From the NCBI GenBank assembly GCA_023150835.1, contig JAKLKB010000069.1:1-32572 (forward strand): a stretch of 32,572 nt of DNA, given 5' to 3'. Below are positions 28,672 to 32,572 of the stretch, one piece after another. A program made the position numbers and the translations under genes. Position 1 is the first letter of the stretch; each line of letters begins with the position of its first letter. The DNA is from Myxococcota bacterium. Lineage in GTDB: Bacteria; Myxococcota_C; UBA6777. The notes beneath the pieces are model-generated. The model was not told the origin of the DNA and made no database searches. It was given only the letters and a program-made list of their open reading frames with translations.

Positions 28672-29991
28672 ATGAACGCCATGTTATCGATTCCTCATTC
28701 GTCGGCTTCCGAAATGATTGAGAATGCAAAAGAAAACGAAAAGATCACCCCCTTTGCGCTGGGGTGGTTGCTTGAACGTGCAGCATCCTTGCAAGAACCA
28801 AAAGAAAAAATCTCTACTTTTTCGGCTCAAAGACGCCAATTTTACGATCGTTACCGCAGCCTTGAAAGCTACCCGTCGCTTGATCCATTGGGTATGCAAA
28901 CGATGCACAATATGCTTTTGCGGGTCTTTGCGGAACCCCACAATTTGCCCGATCAATACACGCATCTCGAAGCGATGTACCAAGAAGAACTTAAGCGACT
29001 CCAAGGTCAATTTGAAAAGACAGTTCAATGCCTCGCCCGCTGGGCAGAAGTCAGCGATGAGTTCCGTCACCGCGTCCACCTGCTCGACTCCCTCGACATC
29101 CGCTTGGCTCTATTGGAACAAAAACGTGCTGTTACCGAAAAAGCCCAAGCTGCTGAAAAAGCCCAAGCTGCTGAAAAAGCCCAAGCTGCTGAAAAAGCCC
29201 AAGCTGCTGAAAAAGCCCAAGCTGCTGAAAAAGCCCAAACTGCTGAAAAAGCCCAAACTGCTGAAAAAGCCCAAACTGCTGAAAAAGCCCAAGCTGCCGA
29301 GCGCATTCGATTGCAATTTCCCCCGTTGCAGCGCCCCCCAAACGAAAACAACGTCGTGGAGTTGTGGAATAGCCAACCGCAGGATACGTTGCCCGATCTT
29401 CCTGCTGTGCCGACGATCATTATGAAAAACCCCTTGACAGCGCGCCAAAGAACGCCCTTCCCGAACGCAGCCGCCCCTTCGTTGCCTCATGTTCAGCCGC
29501 TCCATCCTCCCAATGCCCCGCATCGCATTGTGGAAGAGGCCCCAAAGCCGATGTCTTGCGCCGCTCAAGAAGCCTCAAAGCTGATGCCTCGTGCTGCTCA
29601 AGGAGCGACAGAAGCGACCGCTGCAGCAAACCGACGAACCGCACCGCGTTTGCGCCTTGCAACCGATATCATCGTCGGCCAAGAAGACCACTGCTTTTTT
29701 ACGGGTTTTTCTGAAAACATCAGTTCGGGCGGGATCTTTATCGCGACTTATGAGCAACTGCCCCAAAGAGGCTCGACTTTTGAGCTACGGTTTGCCCTTG
29801 CAACGGGCGAAAACATCCACAGCGAAGTCGAAGTGATGTGGATTCGAGACTTTAACGAGCAAACACCGGATATCTCACCCGGTTTTGGCTGCCGTTTCCT
29901 TCGACTTTCCCCAGAGGATCAAGAACATATCGACCGCTATATCGCCAAGGAAGGCTCCCTCTTTATGCTTCAAGACGAAGACCTCGCTTAA
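28672..29991 (+). CDS. Protein with coiled coil, repeat/Pro-rich linker and C-terminal myxobacterial-type PilZ domain
   Basis: RxxxR (RTAPR) and NxSxGG (NISSGG) motifs, FFTGFSENISSGGIFIAT and PGFGCRF; AAGGA before the ATG at 28672. Confidence 0.87.
   Translation: MNAMLSIPHSSASEMIENAKENEKITPFALGWLLERAASLQEPKEKISTFSAQRRQFYDRYRSLESYPSLDPLGMQTMHNMLLRVFAEPHNLPDQYTHLEAMYQEELKRLQGQFEKTVQCLARWAEVSDEFRHRVHLLDSLDIRLALLEQKRAVTEKAQAAEKAQAAEKAQAAEKAQAAEKAQAAEKAQTAEKAQTAEKAQTAEKAQAAERIRLQFPPLQRPPNENNVVELWNSQPQDTLPDLPAVPTIIMKNPLTARQRTPFPNAAAPSLPHVQPLHPPNAPHRIVEEAPKPMSCAAQEASKLMPRAAQGATEATAAANRRTAPRLRLATDIIVGQEDHCFFTGFSENISSGGIFIATYEQLPQRGSTFELRFALATGENIHSEVEVMWIRDFNEQTPDISPGFGCRFLRLSPEDQEHIDRYIAKEGSLFMLQDEDLA
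29137..29298. repeat. 18-bp coding tandem repeat, 9 copies (EKAQAA x5, EKAQTA x3, EKAQAA)
   Basis: GAAAAAGCCCAA(G/A)CTGCT in exact register. Confidence 0.97.
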
Positions 29992-30023
29992 AGAGAACAC
30001 AACACACCGAAAGGACAACCACC

Positions 30024-30467
30024 ATGAATCACCTTTCCGAATCTCCCAACGCGATGCAAGTTCTCTTTTTTGAAGAAGAATCCTTGACGCCATCTCAAGA
30101 GCTTTTCTCCAACAACGAGTCGGACACTCAACACGCCGCCCACTCGCAAGAGGGCGATCCCGCTCAAGACGACGAACAAGCGCGTGCGCTGAATCGAAGC
30201 TATCACCCTCAATTTGTGCGAAAAACCTCTGTTCGTGTCCGTGTTCTTCTTGTGAACGGAAAGAAGTGCATCGGAAACTGCCATGTGCTTTGGCCAGATG
30301 GTCGTGTCAGCGACGTCGTGAACGATGATCGACAATTCTTGATCATCACCGATGCTTCGATCGAAGGCGAAAACCAATCCTACAGCGTCCTCACCCTGAA
30401 CAAGTCCCAGATCGCCATGCTCTTTGAGATCCACAACAAAGCCAACGTGATCCAAGAACTCGCTTAA
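30024..30467 (+). CDS. Small conserved hypothetical protein (DUF6812-like)
   Basis: AAAGGA RBS; pattern G-x-x-H...RVSD-x-x-N...F-x-x-x-TDA...LNK-x-x-I recalled from that family; follows the PilZ gene by 32 nt. Confidence 0.7.
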   Translation: MNHLSESPNAMQVLFFEEESLTPSQELFSNNESDTQHAAHSQEGDPAQDDEQARALNRSYHPQFVRKTSVRVRVLLVNGKKCIGNCHVLWPDGRVSDVVNDDRQFLIITDASIEGENQSYSVLTLNKSQIAMLFEIHNKANVIQELA

Positions 30468-30483
30468 CGCCCAAGCAGAAAGC

Positions 30484-32154
30484 TCAATAACACATCGCAG
30501 GGATCGCCTTGTCCACGTTGTCGTGTGCGATGTACGTCATCCCATCGCGCCGATAGAGATAGACGCCGTTTCCAGTCCCCGAGCGCGCATCAAAAAACAC
30601 CCGAACCTGCCGCCCGCCAAGGATCATCAAGCGCCCTGCTTCGGTATGCTTTGCAGGAAGCTCCGCCACCACGCGCAACGTCTGCGCATTTTGGACGACC
30701 AAAAACGCGCCTTGTGTGCGCTGCTCGATGCGATAGGCAAAGGGACCATGCCCATGTTCAGGCAAGCTCCGACACCGCAAGACCGCGCCGTGAGGCTCGA
30801 TCGGAAGTGCGCTCGGTGCAGGAGTTTCGGTGTGAAGCCCTGTCGCAAAGATCGAAAACAGCCGTTGCAAAGCCAAATAAGCGCGCTGCCCGCCATACTC
30901 GCCTTTTCCTAGCACAAAGAACGAAAACTCTCGTCCCCCCTTGAAATGAGGCAAGCAGACATAACCGCCATACGCCCAATCCCCGTCTCCCGCGCCGATC
31001 TTCCCATAGATCCGCCATCTTCCTTGGGTCCAACCATCCAACTGCTGTTGCGTCGGCAAAGCCTCCGTAAACACCGAGCGGATCCCAAGGTCGTACATCA
31101 TCCCTCCGATTTTTTTACTTTCTTGATCCGTATCCCCATAAAACATCATCAACAGATCTTCGGTTTGGACGGTCGGCAACCATGTGTGGTGCTGTGCGCT
31201 GCGATACGAATTCCCCAAGGCTGCGCCTTCTGCGCGATAGCCGTAGCTTTCCACCTCTGCGCCTTGCTTGCGCCCCTGCGGCAACAGGCGGATATCTCGG
31301 TAATTGACGCCGATCCGTTTCCAAAACTCCGCCATCGCCAACGGTGTCAGATGGTTGGGCGTGATGTGCATCGCCGAGGTATCGAGTTCCACCGACGCTC
31401 CCCCATCCAACCGAGGGATCCGATAATAAGGATCGAAGCCGCGATCTCCGTAGTACCCGTTAAACTCCTCGGTCGGCAAGGACAACCAGCCGCGTACAAA
31501 CGAGGTCGCGTTGAGCGAGCCACCGTCTGGAGCGCCCAACCCCGCAAGATGTTTGAACAGGCCGCCCGAAGTGTTGCTGCTGCTTTCATGCAACGCATGG
31601 ATATGATGCCCAAACGGATAACGCCCCAACAGATCATCGCTGATCATCGACGAGGCCCCAACCAAGCCTTCGGACAACAACCGCATACGATGCAACGCTG
31701 CAAAGGCCGCCAACACCTTTGTCGAAGACCAGTTTTGCCCCTTGGTGTGTTGCGTTCCGTTTCCATAATAATGGTAGTGCGGTACGCCTCCCACATTGCG
31801 CACATCCACCACCACCGCGCTTAACAACGAAGCGGGTGACCCCAACAAGCCATCCAACGCCGTCCACGAAAAGCCCTTTTGTCGCGGCCAATCCGTACGA
31901 CTGTAGTCGATTTCCTTCGAAGAATAGTACTCACGCGCAGCCCCTCTCAACCAACCTTCTCGAAACATCCGCGTCTTGGACTGATCAGGCAAAACACACT
32001 GCACGCTCCGCGTCCCCATCGCATCCCGAGGCACAGGAAAGCTCTCCACCGCACGCACTTGCACGCCCGATTCTTCGGCTTGGCCGCACGCCAACACGCC
32101 CACCCACAAACCTACACACCACAACCACACACACCGATTCTTGCTTTGTCTCAT
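30484..32154 (-). CDS. Hypothetical lipoprotein, possible serine beta-lactamase/PBP-like fold
   Basis: Lipobox VLAC; GAGG RBS before the ATG at 32154; ordered motifs SSTK, SSN and KIG. Confidence 0.65.
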   Translation of the reverse strand: MRQSKNRCVWLWCVGLWVGVLACGQAEESGVQVRAVESFPVPRDAMGTRSVQCVLPDQSKTRMFREGWLRGAAREYYSSKEIDYSRTDWPRQKGFSWTALDGLLGSPASLLSAVVVDVRNVGGVPHYHYYGNGTQHTKGQNWSSTKVLAAFAALHRMRLLSEGLVGASSMISDDLLGRYPFGHHIHALHESSSNTSGGLFKHLAGLGAPDGGSLNATSFVRGWLSLPTEEFNGYYGDRGFDPYYRIPRLDGGASVELDTSAMHITPNHLTPLAMAEFWKRIGVNYRDIRLLPQGRKQGAEVESYGYRAEGAALGNSYRSAQHHTWLPTVQTEDLLMMFYGDTDQESKKIGGMMYDLGIRSVFTEALPTQQQLDGWTQGRWRIYGKIGAGDGDWAYGGYVCLPHFKGGREFSFFVLGKGEYGGQRAYLALQRLFSIFATGLHTETPAPSALPIEPHGAVLRCRSLPEHGHGPFAYRIEQRTQGAFLVVQNAQTLRVVAELPAKHTEAGRLMILGGRQVRVFFDARSGTGNGVYLYRRDGMTYIAHDNVDKAIPAMCY

Positions 32155-32405
32155 CTCGGACCCCTCACAGCAGAACACCCACCCCCCTTCCTTGACTGCT
32201 TGAAAAAGAGCGGCTTGTTCAATGAACGATTGTTCTAAAAACGTGGGGGCATATAAAGCGAGAGCAAAAAGATGTCAAGCAAAAAAACAACATAAGTCAG
32301 TATCGCTTGATTTTTGTAACTTTGGTGCTTGAGCAGCAAGGTTCTTCGGGGTCCGTTCAAACCAACGCCATGAGAGAGGTATCAAGATGCAACACATTTC
32401 AGCCA

Positions 32406-32481
32406 GGGCAACCACACCTAGTTGCCCCTACATGTTGGAAATCACACGGTGTTTCGTAGGGGCAGGCCCCCGTGCCTGCCC
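32406..32481. repeat. Inverted pair of GTAG-type REP palindromes (REP doublet)
   Basis: GGGCAACCACACCTAGTTGCCCCTAC (32406-32431) and GTAGGGGCAGGCCCCCGTGCCTGCCC (32456-32481). Confidence 0.8.
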
Positions 32482-32572
32482 TCGATCTGTTGCGTCGGTG
32501 ACCTCTTCATCGCCATCTTTTTTGAACGAACCCGTTCTTCGGGCGCGAAAGTTGAAGAAACTTAGTGATACT

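Overview
Chromosomal segment (~53% GC by eye), most likely from a Myxococcota bacterium: it has two MYXO-CTERM-like C-termini, a myxobacterial-type C-terminal PilZ domain and many Cys-rich lipoproteins. About 19 genes: two orphan ABC substrate-binding lipoproteins, a PI-PLC-like phosphodiesterase, a CPA2/TrkA antiporter, a membrane protein, a MORN/YwqK-repeat lipoprotein, a bacterial PH protein, a CDP-alcohol phosphatidyltransferase, an M1 aminopeptidase with HEAT repeats, a small 5-repeat Cys-ladder lipoprotein next to a GH114 enzyme, an RND pump pair, a convergent CAP-domain / trypsin pair, a divergent PAS-GGDEF-EAL / PilZ module and a divergent PBP-like lipoprotein. I found no rRNA, tRNA, CRISPR array, integrase or transposase. 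The most striking observations: (i) the CAP and trypsin genes overlap by 139 bp tail-to-tail, and the same 10 bp encode the RRR of the sorting signal on both strands; (ii) intergenic spaces carry at least three families of 110-125 bp structured, MITE/REP-like elements, sometimes stacked end to end; (iii) a lipoprotein made almost entirely of C-x-GG-N-C-x-Q-N-C repeats. All calls come from motif recognition by eye; no searches were run.
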